A stretch of 64,000 nucleotides of DNA from Octopus sinensis (GCF_006345805.1 NC_043015.1:12896001-12960000), one strand, 5' to 3'; positions 28,601-43,445 are shown, counted from the stretch's first letter. Notes: generated by a model from the letters alone, not told the origin. Made by a program: numbers and translations.

Positions 28601-31600
28601 TTAAGATTTCAAGTGGAAGCGATAAATACATGTATTCCACAACTGTAAGACAGTGACCATTTTTTCTCTTCTCTTTGATATTCTTTAATTACACAAGTCT
28701 AGCTACATAATTAAATTCTTCCTTAACATGCAGATTGAGAAAAAATGCAGTTGATAATGAAAACAATGAAAAAAGCATACATTGACCACTTGATTCAAAA
28801 CTCCTTTCACAAATATTATCTCCAATGAAGACCTGTTTATTGAAAAATTTCATTTCATAATAAAGAAGATAAAAATTTACCAAAATCTGAAGTGCTATAG
28901 TTTTTAATTCATTGAAATGGTAAAAATAACTTGAATTCATTTGACTCTTGACATCGCTTGTTTGTAAAGTGTCATCTTAACTCATAAAAAAGGAGACTTC
29001 TAAAATCACTTTATTCAAACTGAATCAAATAAATGTTCAATTTTATGCTACACTGCATCAAGTTTTTGCTTGAAATCAGAAAAACATTTGGGCAATTAAC
29101 CAAAATTGATGTTATTTGCATAAGCAATTTACCTATCAATTTTACAAATACTTGACATGAAACAGTTCAGTGTTTTGAAAAGTTAAGCAATTAACCAAAT
29201 TGAGTGCATTTGAAAAGGTTTTCAGCTGAGACTTTAACATTATGTAAATTTCCAAAACAAATGTGAAAATAAGATAAAATTTGGCTATAACCTACATGTA
29301 ATCTTTCATAACTTGCTGTTGCCCTAGCAATTGCTATTCTTGTAGTGCATCTCTTTATCTTAGTTCTACATATTCTTGTGTCAGAAAAAAAAAAAGATAA
29401 TCTATAATCTACTTTGGATATCATTGAATCACAAACAGTTCACATAGAGTACACAAACAGAATAAAACAAGAACTTATAATTTATTTCATCATCTATTTA
29501 TTTTTTGTAGAGAATAGTAAGCATTCACTATGAATTAAATTGCCAATATCTTCTCATATGACTTCCATATATTACAGACGCTTAAAAAATGAGAGGCAAT
29601 AAAAAGAAATTTGACCTTCATTATAAATGCTATAAAGGTGATATCTAAGTATGTAATGCATCTGAAATTGCAGAATGCATCTTAAATGCTAAATGTGTCT
29701 GCTGTTTATAGCATTTGGGATATTTTTTTAATTACAAAAAGAGTAAAAGAAAAAAAAAAAGATCCAGTCTTGGTAGAGAAATATCACTAATAAAGAAATA
29801 TCTAATGAGAAAGAAATGAAGGCATGAGCTGCAGGGAAAAGATGTAAGATATAAAAATGAAAGAAAGAAGGAGACAAAAATAAATACTTTATCTTTAGAC
29901 TACTTCTGAAATATAAAAAGAACAAGGGGCATCTCTCAAACAGTTAATTATATAGAGCACAAATGACTGATATGCATTATTATTTGGAAATAACAGTAAA
30001 ATATGTACATTTGGACATCTTCTGCACATTGGTAAATTTAGGGTCAATATAGCAGAGAAAGAAAGGGAGACTGTTTTTATTTTATAGTTTTATTATAAGT
30101 TAGTCAATGGAAAGAAGAACAAAGCCCAGGATTTTTGCAGTCCATCCTAGACTGGTGAAATTGTTGTGGTTAATGAACATCTAAGGGTGGATATCTGCAG
30201 AAAAATTGTGAGGAAGGAAGGAATTTTAAGAGATTTTCAATTTTGACAGTAGAAAGAATGGGGAAGTCTTCAGCACAGGATCTTGAGGATGAGACATGAG
30301 TAGTAAAAATCAGGGACAGATGGATACGATGGTTTGCCTGTGTGGTGAAGTATGAAGTTAGCTAATTCAGAAGTAGAGCCTATTGTATGTAGTGAGGTTA
30401 GAAGAGACAGGAAAAATAGCATGCTTGTGACTTAGTGCTTGTAGAATATTGGCAAGTGTATCTTTTAGTTAACTGCATGACCTTTAGTGGAGGTGGGGGA
30501 TGCAATCTAAGGTATTTAATCTGTATCAAAAGAACTGTCCCAAATATGTGAATAGTAATTTGGATCTTACTTGAGCTTTGTAAAAGGTCAACAACTGATC
30601 TGAGTTTAAGTATCCACTGGCTCTAAAGAGGAAGCCTTGTCTTTGGGATACAGTTTTGGTAAAGTCTAAGGATACCATGAGAGATTAAATATTGAGAGGA
30701 TCCCACATTTGTAATGCATTTGAAGGTTTTAATTGTCTGTGTGAAGAAAGGATATGCACCAACACAGTTTCCATATCTATAGCAACTTTGTCATACTGCT
30801 GTTTAGGAGTCTAGGCTGTCATGCCTCTCATGAGGATGCTTCCAAGTTTTTGTTCAGAAAAATTGTGCATGTCTTGAGTGTTGACTCTACTATGTATGCA
30901 GATAAGCCTATGTGCTGAAGGGTAAGGAGGGATGAAGCCTTGTGTTATCTGCATAGGAGTATATGTTGCTAAATGTGACAGGAAGATTATTATTAATATT
31001 GTACACACAGTACAGTATAGGAAACAATCTGTTAATATTCACAGAAATGGAGCAATTTAACAGAAAATTAATGATCCAAGAAATGAGACTCAGATACAGC
31101 TCACAGGTGAGTAACTAAATATGTGAACTCATAGGTGAGTTCACATGGCTAATCATAGTCAAAACCAGCTTTGCTGATGTCAGGGCAACAATGTTGTTTC
31201 CATCTGAGTTCTCAACTGGTGCATGTACAAAGCAGCAAGACATTAAAGAGGAAGAAAACTCAATGTAGCAAGGAGGTGAGTGGGCAGGGGGGAAGATGAA
31301 ACACATTACATACATTTAAGATAATTGAAGAGAGATTTCTATAGGAGATAATGAAATACTTTTAAAAAAAACAGCTATTATTTGGTTAAAGAGAGAAAGT
31401 TGATAGAAATAGTATCAGTCTAAATCATTAGCAGCAGTAACATGCTAGCATGATTTGGTTAGCTTTTCTGAGATAGTGTTTTATGGCTGGATGCCCTTCC
31501 TCTTACGAACGTTTTAGTCACCTCATACGACAAATGCTTTATATTATCTCCTATCAAACCGAGTTCAAATTCTGCCAGAGTTGTATGAATTTTCTCACCA

Positions 31601-34169
31601 TCCAGAGTCTATCAAATATCAGTGGAATCAAATCAATGAGCTACATATCATCCTTGCAAAAAATGGTTTTGCGACTAATAAAAACATCAATATTTGGTGG
31701 CCTATATTTGATACAGGTGAAATAATCAAAGTAAATGTAAAATAATCTTAAATCTGTAAAATCTATCTGTCATGAAACAAAGCTTTGAAATCTTATTGAT
31801 AAATGAAAATTTGTTACTCTTTTAGAATATCCTTTGCATATAAAATAAAATATTTAATTGAAAGAAAGAAAGACCTACATACAAAACAACAATAGTTTAA
31901 TTATATTATGCCTGGTTTTCAAAATTGTTTTATTCTAGTCAGTACTGAGATAGAAAGCAGAAAAATTTAGACTTTTATTCTGAGCTCTTTTCATTAGTAC
32001 TAGTCTCCTACTTCCAGTTTATGTAGAAATCTAGGTCTATTATCTATTCAAAGATAAGAGTGGGGTGAATTCTAGTGGCCCTACAATAACCTTTCATCAA
32101 TCTATTAATATACTATTGATTGTATCAGCAACTAAATATGTAATAGAGAAGCTGTTAATCTTTGCCTTTCCTCTGTGTGTGTGTTTTTGCATGCATGTAT
32201 GTGTGAACATGACAACATTTTTATGCAAAGCTTTTATTCTGCAGACTGCCAGACTACATGAGCTAGAATCTGGAAAAATGGAAAATTATAAATTGAGCTA
32301 GAGAGCAGTATGAGGCACGAAAAAATATGAGTAGCTGACATTATACTAGAACAGTTCAGACAAGTTTCTTTCTCATTAAGCTTTTGGAAAGTTATAAAGG
32401 TTTTTTTTTTTTAGCAAGTGACAGTTATTCTTAACTTCCAGAAAAATTAAGAGAAAATGCATAACTGAAAAGGGAAAGGCCCTCTGAAATTGCAGGTTTA
32501 TTTTGTTTCCTTGTTTTGGTGATGTAATAGCTATAGTAATAACTGTCATTCTAATAAATATTCAAAGATTTCTTATATACATGAAATATTTCACTTAAAA
32601 TTTTTATTTAATTAAAAAATATACTATTAATCCTGGTTATATTGTGTTTGATTTTCCTTACTTTTCTAACACTTACTTCTCATTCATTGCCATATATTGC
32701 AGTCTGGCCCATTTAAACTTGTAACTAAGCAATGTTTAAATGTAAATACGAAATATTTTAGAATCACTGCTTATCAGCTGAAGTTCCTATGTTGCAGGTC
32801 TCATAACTTAAACTACTGGTTTATTATCAACTGCAAATAATTTCACTTGGAAAATCCAAGCACACATAAAAAAAGTTCAAATGAAATTGCAAATGCAATT
32901 TCTAAGTTTCTCAACTAGACAAACTTACTCTCTTGAACTATCACACCTGACACATCTGAGACAGTTAAGAAGGGGGACCAAAATTAATATATAGAGATGT
33001 CCCTCCACAACAAAATCAACAACTCCAAAGTGGTTCATACACATCTATGCTTCAGCTGTACAAACAAAGAGCATTAATGAATCACCCATCATCACTATTT
33101 GAGAGGTATTCACGTTCTATTACAAAAGCTGGAGACCTATATAACTTGTCCTCTTCCAAAATACAACTGAAGCTTTCAGTCTCCTCTCAAAAACATCTTG
33201 ACAAACCAACAGAATCTTCCTACTTGCAACAGTACTCTTGTAGATAAATGTAATGCTTTTGGCTTCTAATTTCCCTCACAACACTCATCTCAAAACCCCT
33301 CTCAAATTCTCCTTCTCTACTCTAAGTAGTCTCACTCACCATCATATATAAACAGTTGACAAATGCAAAAACTTTTGGATCACTCCAACCCAACAAGATG
33401 AATTGTGCTGTTCGTGTTCCTGCTTTCACCCTCAAGAGATGTGTTCCCAAACTGGTCCCTACCTAGATCAAACTATTCACCCAACCTCTCCGTATATGTA
33501 TCTAGCCCAACCTATACCAATTATAAGTTTATTGCCTTCACTTCCAATATTTTCAAAGGCGATGAAAACAATTACTTCCTTCATAATTGTAGGAAGTTTT
33601 TCTCTTCTTACTAACCACGAATATGGCTTTTGTAAAGTCATACCAGTGCATTAACAGTTTTGTTCCAATGCTATACTTTTAGCCAACACTTAATGTAGTG
33701 ACTGATGTAAACCCTGTCTTTTTATATATTTTTTGGACAGAAAGAGTAGGATCAGGTGGATGAGTTTCAATTCTATATTTGAATTTCATAAGTGGTTGAA
33801 TATCCCCATTAACTAACCACAGAATCACAACTATTACTCGGGACAGACTGTTATAGAATCCACTATTACTAGAAGTAGACTGATTTGCATATATAGCTAT
33901 TTCTGAGTAGTTGCCCTTTTTAACGGTCCACAGCTATTAACTACAGCAAAGAAACAAAACACTACTAATGCACCAGTAATTATAGACAAGGCATTTATTT
34001 CTGTCTATACAAAGATGTACTCTGTAGTACAGTAAGGCAAAGTGTTACATATCTTGAAGAGCTGCTGCTATGCATACAAGTGCACAAGTTCCCATCCAAA
34101 ACATCCTCCACCTACCTACATTCTAAAACTAGTAGCATACCAATGAGCCAACAAAGTTTTCTACATGGT

Positions 34170-34352
34170 TCCTGACCAGCTAGAAATAGCAGTGAACTCT
34201 TTCTCAAATCACATTCAACTGTCTTCAGAAAGGACACATTGGATAATGTAATCCTGGCTTTCCTACACATACAGAAAAGGTTGGATAGTTGCAGCTGGAA
34301 TGTCTTTGATCACAGATCCACTTGATCAGAACCAGCCAGGATCTAAACAATC
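34170..34352 (+). repeat. Interspersed repeat family D
   Basis: cagctagaaatagcag...ctcaaatcaca...ggacacattggataatgt...gctggaatgtctttgatcac...cttgatcag. Further copies at about 34495-34655 (minus), 49085-49413, 50240-50425 and 57350-57532. Confidence 0.7.
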
Positions 34353-34817
34353 ACTAGAAATCTCTACAATAGCTTCCTTCTATTACTGTGAATTAGCAAG
34401 TTATTAACTATTCCTGACACCATTACTAAATTCACCATTTCAATACCTATGTCACATCCTCTGTAAATTTCTCCCTGCACAGGTTATTTAGTCATTTGTT
34501 AGCTCTAACAACAGATCTGTGGTCAAAGACGTTCTAGCTTTGACCATCATGACTTTTTTTACAGACAGTATATATAGAGCAACATTATCCATTGTGTTCT
34601 TCCTTTAAAATGCTAAAGTGAAGAAGATTTAGTTTCTATTTCTAGGTTGAGCAATGTTTTCTTTATTGGCATCAAGTATAGCAGTTTAAGTCAAACATCA
34701 ATAACACTGACCTCACTCACCCCCTCATTAGACTAAATAAACACAATATATGAAAAGTGCCCGAGCCAATGTCTACAAAAGAGATGGCCATGTTGGTAAT
34801 ATGGAAGTCATGTGTAA

Positions 34818-35028
34818 GGTGGCAAGCTGGCAGAACTGTTAACAAGCCAGGAAAAATGCTTAGCAGCATTTCATCTGTCTTTACATTCCGAGTTCAAATT
34901 CCATCAAGGTTGACTTTGCCTTTCATCCTTTCAGGGTTGATAAAATAAGTACCAGTTGAACACTGGAGTCAATCTAATTGACTTAGTCTCTCCCCCAAAA
35001 TTGCTGGCCTTGTACCAAACTTTGAAAC
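34818..35028 (+). mobile_element. tRNA-derived SINE, family C
   Basis: ggtggcaagctggcagaa ... gagttcaaattcc ... gactttgcctttcatcctttcagggttgataaaataagtaccag ... gctggccttgtaccaaactttgaaac. Second copy at 49430-49627. Confidence 0.75.
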
Positions 35029-37570
35029 TAATATGTAAGTCATGTGTATGGTGCATACTTAGTGCAAAATGAATGTTATTACAGTGATAGTAGACTGAGA
35101 AAAATTAAGCAAGAAATATTTTAGACTTGAGAACATTAGCTTTCACAGATCAAATGAAGTATGACCAAGTCAAATGGAGATACATTGAAGCACAATGATA
35201 ATGATGAGCACAAAATACTCAGTTGTTTTGTATGATAAACCAAGTTGAATTAAAATGCTACCAGCATGCCTTATATTCAATGCTTTAAAAGCCAAAATCA
35301 TTTAAATAATTCTTGAAAAATTACAATTGTTTAAGTTATGAGGTACCATTTTACAACTTTACAAGATTTAAAGTTTGTTTCCTTGTTTTTGGTACTGAAT
35401 TAATGTGACATTAAATTTTGGTGATCCTCTAACAACTCAATGAGCTCAAGTGAAGGTTGTTCAATGAATGTTGTCCAATGATACAACCTTCCAGTTTAAA
35501 ATTATCTAAATTAAAACTTTCTATTAAGATTTCATGTTAATTAATGTTTGGTTCAATTCTTCATTACTTTCAAAATTAATTGAAACAAAGTAATTATATT
35601 TTAACAGAAATATACAACAATGGAGTTAAGAAATAAATGTCTATAATACATTAAACTTCTGCAAAAGATTTGCTTTTTAAATGAAAATTGAAAATAAAAG
35701 TTAAGTAAAATTTTCTCCCAAATATTATTAAAGAAAACTTGTTTTGTGAATAATCTATGAAAAAGTGGTTTAGAATATGCTTCAGTTAGCCTAGCAGAGA
35801 GAAATGAGTAAATTTTCAAATAATGATTTTCGTAATAAATTGATATTCTCTGTCTAATGTAACCTTTTATTTAATTTACTTAATGATTCAAATTCCATAA
35901 GTAAATGCTACACTTAAACCCATATTATACTTTTGAAATGTCTAGTTATGGTTTAGGAACTCTAAATTATTGTTTAGAGTGTCCAAATTAAGGTTCAGTC
36001 TTATGAAATAGAAAGCTAGAATTATGGTGTAGAATATGAAGTGTAAAGTAAGAAGGCAATTATCAACTGAAATGCACATCACACATTGTTCATACCAAGA
36101 TATATTCGTATCAAACGTAGCTTAGAATGCAAGTCTGAAGAAGACACCAATTACTATGTTTCACTTTTGACTTCTCGCTATTTTTTAATCCTTCTACACT
36201 ATTCAGTGTACAAATTTTTGCTTTTGGATAACAGCAACACTATGCTAGACGTAAGAGTAGTACTCCATTATGGATCTTACCTAAGCTTTGTAGAATAGTC
36301 GTTGTTGGTAGCTGAAGTATTTTCTGGTTTTGAAGAGGAAAGCCAGGCTTTATGATACAGTGTTTGCCATGATGAGTATCTACATTTATCAGGAGAAATC
36401 TTCCGTGATGACAATACCTCTCATTTGTAGTAAGTCTGGGGGTTCTAGTTGCATGCAGTTTTTATGTTGAATAATGCTTTCTTGATATGCCCAGTGATTG
36501 TCGTCATGTGCTATTGAAGGAGACAATATTAGTATGGCTCAGTTAAAGAATGTTTTTGAGATCTCTATTCATAGAGTCAGCCAGATCTGGTCCAAGATGT
36601 CTGGGTCACACGTGGATGGTGCTTGGGTGCAGAAAGTTAAGGAAAATGATGGGTAGTATCATTTGCATGAGAGTTAGGTATTGTAGGAAGAAATATTGTC
36701 ACTGTATAGGAAGAGTGTAACAAAACCAATAGAATATGTGTAGGAGAGAGCTCCATCAGCACATGACAAAATGGCATGGACTGATAGCTACCAACTCAAA
36801 TGATTTCACTAAACAAAAAAATATATCACACTGAAGGGAAGGGCAGAATGAGACAGAGACAATTGTACAAGGAGTTTTGATTATACAAAAATTATAAAAA
36901 ATTAAGGGGTCAAATGTAATTTGCCACTGATTTCAAGAAATAGAAGCAGAAACTATTTCTCTAAAATACTGCATTAAAACATCATACACACAGTACTCTT
37001 TGGCCCCACAAAGAGAAATCCAAATTTTGGAACATGTCTTGCACTATGTTCTTATATATTTCAAAATAAATTCATAAACATGTGAAAATAAAAGATACCA
37101 AGAAAAATTAAATGAACTTTTAGTTTTGTTTGTTCTTAAGTAGTGAAGCATACTCAATGTGCATTAAGATCAGGGTACTATAAATGATCATTATATTGAT
37201 CTTGAAACATTTTCCAGAGCTCAAACAAGCATAATATTTTAGGCGAATCTAATTCTGTAAATTAATTGATGGTTTGTCTATGAAACACTGAGTCTGACTG
37301 TTGAAAATTAGTGGAAAGAGAAAAAGAAATGACAAAAAAGTCCTACTACAACGTTATCAAACATGGACCTTATATTGTAATAATAGACATCTTTTTTTTT
37401 ATATTTTGAAGTAGCTATACTATTTGATGCTTCACCTTCTATACACATTGATACATGTATACATATATATTTTCATAAACATGTATATCTAAACATACAC
37501 ATGTATATACATATGATAGTATACACACATGCACACACTTTCACATACACAAAAAAATATATATGCAATG

Positions 37571-37945
37571 GGTGTAGGAGTGGCTGTGTGGTAAGTAGCT
37601 TGCTTCCTAACCACATGGTTCCGGGTTCAGTCCCACTGTGTGGTATCTTGGGCAAGTGTCTTCTACTATAGCCTCAGGCCGATCAAAGACTTGTGAGTGA
37701 ATCTGGTAGATGGAGACTGAAAGAAGCCCATTGTGTATGTGTATCTGTGTGTCTGTGTTTGTCTCCCCACCTTCGTTTGACAACCAATGTTGGTGTGTTT
37801 ACATTCCCACAACTTGCCAATTCAGCACAAGAGAACAATAGAATAAGTAGTAGGCTTACAAAGAGTAAGTCCTGGGGTCAATTTGTTCTACTAAAGGTGG
37901 TGCTCCAGCATGGCTGCAGTCAAAATGACTGAAACAAGTAAAATG
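37571..37945 (+). mobile_element. Type A SINE, full length
   Basis: Colinear with 4205-4613. Confidence 0.85.
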
Positions 37946-37986
37946 ATATATACATAAATACACACATATATACATGTGTGTGTGTG

Positions 37987-38015
<29 letters not shown>

Positions 38016-38017
<2 letters not shown>

Positions 38018-38412
38018 GCACTGCTGTGTGTTAAGAAGTTTGCTTCTCCATTGCATGGTGCTGCAAGAGGTCTTCTACTACAGCACTGGGCTAACCAAAG
38101 CCCTGTGAGTAGATCTGGTATACAAAAACTGAAAGCCTATCTTATTTGTGTGTGTGTTACTGTTTCCTTGCACTGCCATGTGTGATAGCTGTAAACAAGC
38201 ACAACCATCATGCAAGCAGTGTCTTTCATTTCCAATCCTCCATGAAAACACCTCTGGACATAGGAAATTTTACTTTGGAAACAGGCGAGAGTCGGCAACA
38301 AGGAAGGACATTGGGCTACAGAAAATCTGCCTCAACAAATTCCATATCTGATCTATGTGGGCAGAGAACAGTAGATGTTAAATGATGATAACAATGATGA
38401 TGATGATGATGA
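38016..38412 (+). mobile_element. Type B SINE with (ATG)n tail
   Basis: Shared head, then type B body (ttcatttccaatc..ggaaacagg..aggaagg..agaaaatctgcctcaacaaattcc) and tail gatgttaaatgatga. Confidence 0.78.
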
Positions 38413-38829
38413 TACACACACACACATACACACACATACATGTGTTTAGCTTTTTGCCTTGACATATATTGCAAACATATGTATATGAGTGCTTTTCTCA
38501 TATCCGCATCTCAAACACTTGTAGTTTTTGTTTGGAATAATAAAATTTCTAAATTCAGTTCTTATCAGTGTTTGCAGACTATTTCAGCCTTGTCTTCAGG
38601 ATATGGAGTGGTGTGGGTTTCTGTTCAGTCCCTTTTTGTCATAAGTGGATTTTGTTTATGCAGACTTACTGCCAGAATTTATCCATGAAGAGTTCCCTGT
38701 CATCAGATGTGTATTGTGGTCTTTAATAATGTACATCTCTGGTGGCATGCTTATTTTGTCTGCGACGTTTGTGTATCCTCCAATATATTCAAGACTGTAT
38801 GGAACCAGTTTCAAATGCAACTAAATGTA

Positions 38830-39010
38830 ATCTTGAAATTTACAGGAAAACAAAAAACGAAGACAAGTGTATAAACAACAAGCAGGTGTATTAGTTTGAC
38901 ACTTGGGAAGGTGAGAAAGTCTTTTACGTTTCGAGCCAACACTCTTCAACAGAAGGGAACATGAGAAAATAAACAGAGAGAGAATAAAAAATTTGTCGAT
39001 TTAGTGGTCA
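38830..39010 (-). mobile_element. Penelope-like terminal fragment with degenerate minimal hammerhead motif
   Basis: Minus strand reads cctt-CTGTTGA-A-GAGT-gttg-GCTC-GAAACGT-A-aaag (38956-38921). Similar layout to 10836-11000. Confidence 0.5.
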
Positions 39011-40689
39011 ATCATGGCAACTATTGAGATCTGGAAATACCAACAAGTGAAGATGATGGAGTCTAACTTGAATGAAGTTGCTAAAGTATCAAATTTCCTT
39101 TTTGCCAAAATTTATTTTATAATATATGTACACGACAGAAAGCATGATTCAATACAGTAATGAGTAATAAGTGCTATGAGGGAAAAATACATGGTTCATG
39201 AAAGTTCATCAAGTTGGGAAGAGATGGGAGGAGCAAAAACAAAAAGCCCATGAGTAATCTACTTCAAAAGATTTTAAGAAGCTAAATGCAAAGAAAATAC
39301 CATTGAAATATTTTCTCACACATTAACATGAAACTGTACTTCAAACTCTTCATCTATACAAGATGTGAAAGAAAAAATATAAGAAGTAGATCCTTAATGA
39401 GAAAAAGACAATCACTATAAGAAGTCATCTACAATTTCAATATTGTTGTTAAGTGAAGGTATTGACTTTTTGTGTCATTTAACTTTAATGAACTCTACAC
39501 ATGGAAAAATAAAACTCATTACTGCCAAGGCACTTAACAGTAGGTAGCAACTTCAACAACTATTCCATATAGTGACTCCTTAGCCAAATATTAACTAATT
39601 ATTATTGTAAAGAGTTAAACTAGTATGTGCAACCTCAATATTTGCAATTGGTTAATTAACGTAAAAAATTTTTTTTTTTTGTAAATTAACGTTAAAAGTA
39701 ACCATTAATGCCAATAAGAATATAATTTTTTAGTTCAGGTTTTAACATCTTTACCAGGTTTGGCATGTTTATTTAATTCTCCCTTCTATTACCAAAAGTT
39801 GTCAGTATATTGGAAATTATTCCAGTTTCAAAGCATCAAGAAGCTTAAGAGCATCTCTGCACTAGAACAGCATTTGGTTTGTCACAAGTATTTGTAGTGA
39901 GCACTACTATCTCACTAATCTTGATTTTTACAGTGGGTATTCCTTGCATAACCTATTACTCCATAGCTATCATTTTAAGTATTTTGCTCAATGATATAGC
40001 CAAGTCCTGGTGATAGGATGTAAACCATTGACTCTTTGGCCAGTAGGCCAACCAACTTGACCAATCAGAATTTTTATCACATTCAAATACTTTACTGGAA
40101 TCAAAATAGACTTCAGTTATTAATATATATCAAATCATATTAACAAAATTAACAAAATCATCCAGTACTGACTTACAAGAATGCCAAATGCATTTTGACC
40201 TAACTTGGCCATGTACTCATACATAATTTAATGCTGCTTCTATTGCATCATCATCATAGTTTAATGTCCGTTTTCCATGCTGGCATGGGTTGGATGGTTT
40301 GACTGGGGTCAGACAGAATATAATGAATTTTTATTCAGCCAGGTAGGTATTTTCAATATCACTGAAGGTAACAAGATTTTGTCTAAGCATATGGTTGGCT
40401 GTGAGTACACGTCATTAACAAGGGCCAATGATGTATTTCAGCATCTGATATTCTTGCTAGCCACCGCTAGCATGATTTCCATCATCTTCTGATATATACC
40501 GTGTTTTTAAACACAGCACATTCATAAAAGATGTTATCTTAGGATGAATACCACAGTAAATTGCCTTTCAACAATGTATTTACATTAAGTATCATACAAA
40601 GATGGTTACTTTAATCTAGTACTGCTTCTATTGCATATAACAGACAAATTAGCAATCTTAACTGTTTCATTTTCATCACTGGTTTAAAA

Positions 40690-41294
40690 CAATGATCCCC
40701 AACCATTTCATTATCGAGGACTTCTTTATTTACATCAATTTGCACACAGACCTAGCATAGGCAATCAAAAAGTCTGCCATCAGTCATTTTAATGTATTCT
40801 TTACAATGCTAACATGGGTAATATAAAGTTTATTAAGCAGATTTTCTACAGCTAGATGACCTTCCTGTCACCACCTTCCACTTGTTTCTAAGCAAAGTAA
40901 TATTTCCCCATAGTTAGACAGGTTTTTGCAGAATATTGGAAATGAATGACATTGCTTATGTGACAGTGACACTCATTTACAACTGTCATGTCATGTAAAG
41001 ACAAGGGAGACACAAAACACACACATATTACACACACACACATGATGGACTTCTATCAGTTCCTATTTGTCAAACTCACTCACAAGGCTCTGGTCAGTCT
41101 GGGACTATAGTAGAAGACACTTGCCCAAGGTGCCATACAATGGAACTGAACCTGAAACCATGTGGTTATCAAGCAAAATTTTCACAGAGTCACAACTGTG
41201 CTGAATCAACAAATTTTGAATTCAGCTCACAAACCCTCAGTACTTCCTTTGAGGTCCCTGAGGGGCCTTGCAGATCCCAGGTTGGAAACTACAG
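40690..41294. mobile_element. Degenerate hAT/Charlie-like MITE with a nested minus-strand type B SINE (about 40840-41200)
   Basis: Ends caatgatccccaacc / ggttggaaactacag. Flanks gtttaaaa / gtttagcg (partial 8-bp TSD). The nested SINE has head agaagacacttgcccaaggtgcc. Confidence 0.55.
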
Positions 41295-42784
41295 GTTTAG
41301 CGTAAGTTTCTTACACAAAATATGAGTTTAACTATTTCTATCTTTAGTTGAGATATGTTAAAATTTAAGGAATAGTTATGATACTCTTTTCTACACAGAG
41401 CATTTTTCATGGAACAATACATCTCATATAATCATGGGTTACATGCTAACAGTTTTATGTGTACATGTTTGTCAGTTAAAACCTATAGCTGTAAAACAGG
41501 TATAGTACATTCAAGAGAAAATGTTTGATATCATGAAGAAGTGAATGCAAAGAATTGTGAAGCAGACAATGCTCCCACAAATGTGATAGCTTCCTTCATA
41601 ATGCAGAATTCACTTTGGAAAGGATGCAAAAGATAAAAAAGCAATAGGGCCCCTTCTTGGTGATAATGTTGCAGCTATGATCGAGTCTGATGTGTAAGTC
41701 TAACAGTAAATGGAATGGAATTGTCAATAGCATGAAAGCTAGCATTTCCTATGTTGAGCTGAATATTTTTTAATACAGTAATATTTTCTTGAAGAATAGG
41801 TAAATTGAAGCATTTCATTAAAATATTTTATCGGAAAAATATGCCACCCATTTGCTTAATAAACAAGCAACCCAGAAGTAGGATCTTCAAGGCATTTAAG
41901 AAGAAGCAATCTTTCAGAATCAGGTGTTATTTTGTAGTTGTAGATACAATACCCAAAGAAAATTGATAATTGAGTTATATTTTTCTTTTCTTTTTTTTTG
42001 TGTGTGTGTTTTACCAGCAAGAACTTGTGACATCTTTCACAAGTAATAGAAATGCCTGGGGGTTTCTGTCATGATCTTACATGGAGTTGGTGCATACAAT
42101 AATGCCATCTAAATACAAATAGGCAGATGTTTCTGCAACATAACTAAGTTCATTGCACGTTGAAAACCTGCCAGTGTACATGAAGCCAAATGGAAATCTT
42201 ATATATATATTAATACAAAAGTCCCAAGGCTTGAAAAGTAGTTGAAGTTTGGTCTTTAATCACCAGTTGTAGTTCATTACAGGCAGGTTTCATATCAATT
42301 TTGATAAAATATAGAGGCTGCAACACAGTATACATTTAGTCAAAAATGATTGGCACTAGAAAAGCATCAAGATTTGTATGAATGTTAATAATGGCTGAGA
42401 AATCAATAACAAAGTGTCATTTGTGATTTTGGTATTCAGAAAAGATATCCAGCCAGAAAAATACTGTCTCAAAAATGAAACAATAACGAATACAACTCAG
42501 ACTGTCAAGGGGCCTGCAAAGTTAACCACTACTTCAGCAATAAAAGATGCCCTTTAAAATGTTTAATGAAGAAATGTGCACGTGTGTGTGTGGGGGGGGG
42601 GGTAGAATTGTAAATGTGACAATGAGTACTCAATACATGTAGAACTTATTTGTTTGATGAAAGTTGATGATTCATTCCCACACAACTTACAGTTTCACAC
42701 AATGTGTTTTATTTCGCCAGAATGAATACCTTTCATAGAAACTAGTAACCTGGGAGTGAATCACTAACTTCATACACATATATA

Positions 42785-42821
<37 letters not shown>

Positions 42822-42931
42822 CATCATTAAATGTCTGCCTTCCATCCTAGTATGGATTGGACATTATATATGTAAACACACACAAACAAACATATATAAT
42901 TGTATGAAGTCAATGACACACACACACACAT

Positions 42932-43445
42932 AAGCATGGTCGAGTGGTAAAAAGAACTTGCTTCTCAACAATGTTATCTCGGGTTAGTACCACCAAATGG
43001 TACCTTGGTCAAGTGTCTTCTGCTACAGCTCCAAGCCAACCAAATCCTTATGTATGGATTTGAAAGTTGGAAACTGAAAGAAGCCCATCATGTAGATGGT
43101 GTGTGTGACCTAGTCTTGACATCTTGTGATGGTTGTAAATGAGTATTAATGTCCTACAATGTTCATCATTTCCAATCTTTTGTGGTAAAGCATATCTGGC
43201 TATGGGAAATATTACATTGCCTGGGAACAGGTTAGGGCAGTGCTTCACAACTTTTTTCAATTTGCAATTCGGCAGCACACCTGAACTAAAAATATAATTA
43301 AAAGTAATGGGAAGAAAAAAATTATATTCAAATTACAATGAGGCACACCTTGCATCATCTCATGGCACACTAATGTGTCACGGCATATCGATTGCGGAGC
43401 ACTGGATTCGGATTGACAACAGGAATGTAGAAAATTTTGTCTGAC
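42932..43445 (+). mobile_element. Type B SINE interrupted by a MITE
   Basis: Head at 42932-43090. The body runs to aacaggttaggg and resumes after 43412 with ttgacaacaggaa. Confidence 0.72.
43238..43404. mobile_element. hAT/Charlie-like MITE
   Basis: 13-bp TIRs cagtgcttcacaa / ttgcggagcactg (2 mismatches). Subterminal ggcacactaatgtgtcacggca. Decayed 8-bp TSD ggttaggg / gattcgga. Confidence 0.72.

Noticed and set aside
30050-33400. Possible ancient LINE (CR1/L2-like) fragments, also near 26100-26500 and 36300-36760
   Set aside because: Only a compositional impression. No recognisable RT or endonuclease motif could be read.
41500-42500. Possible piggyBac remnant (minus-strand CERCHKF..GKH-like Cys motif near 42010-42050)
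   Set aside because: Too degenerate to support by eye. No TTAA-flanked TIRs identified. It needs tBLASTn.
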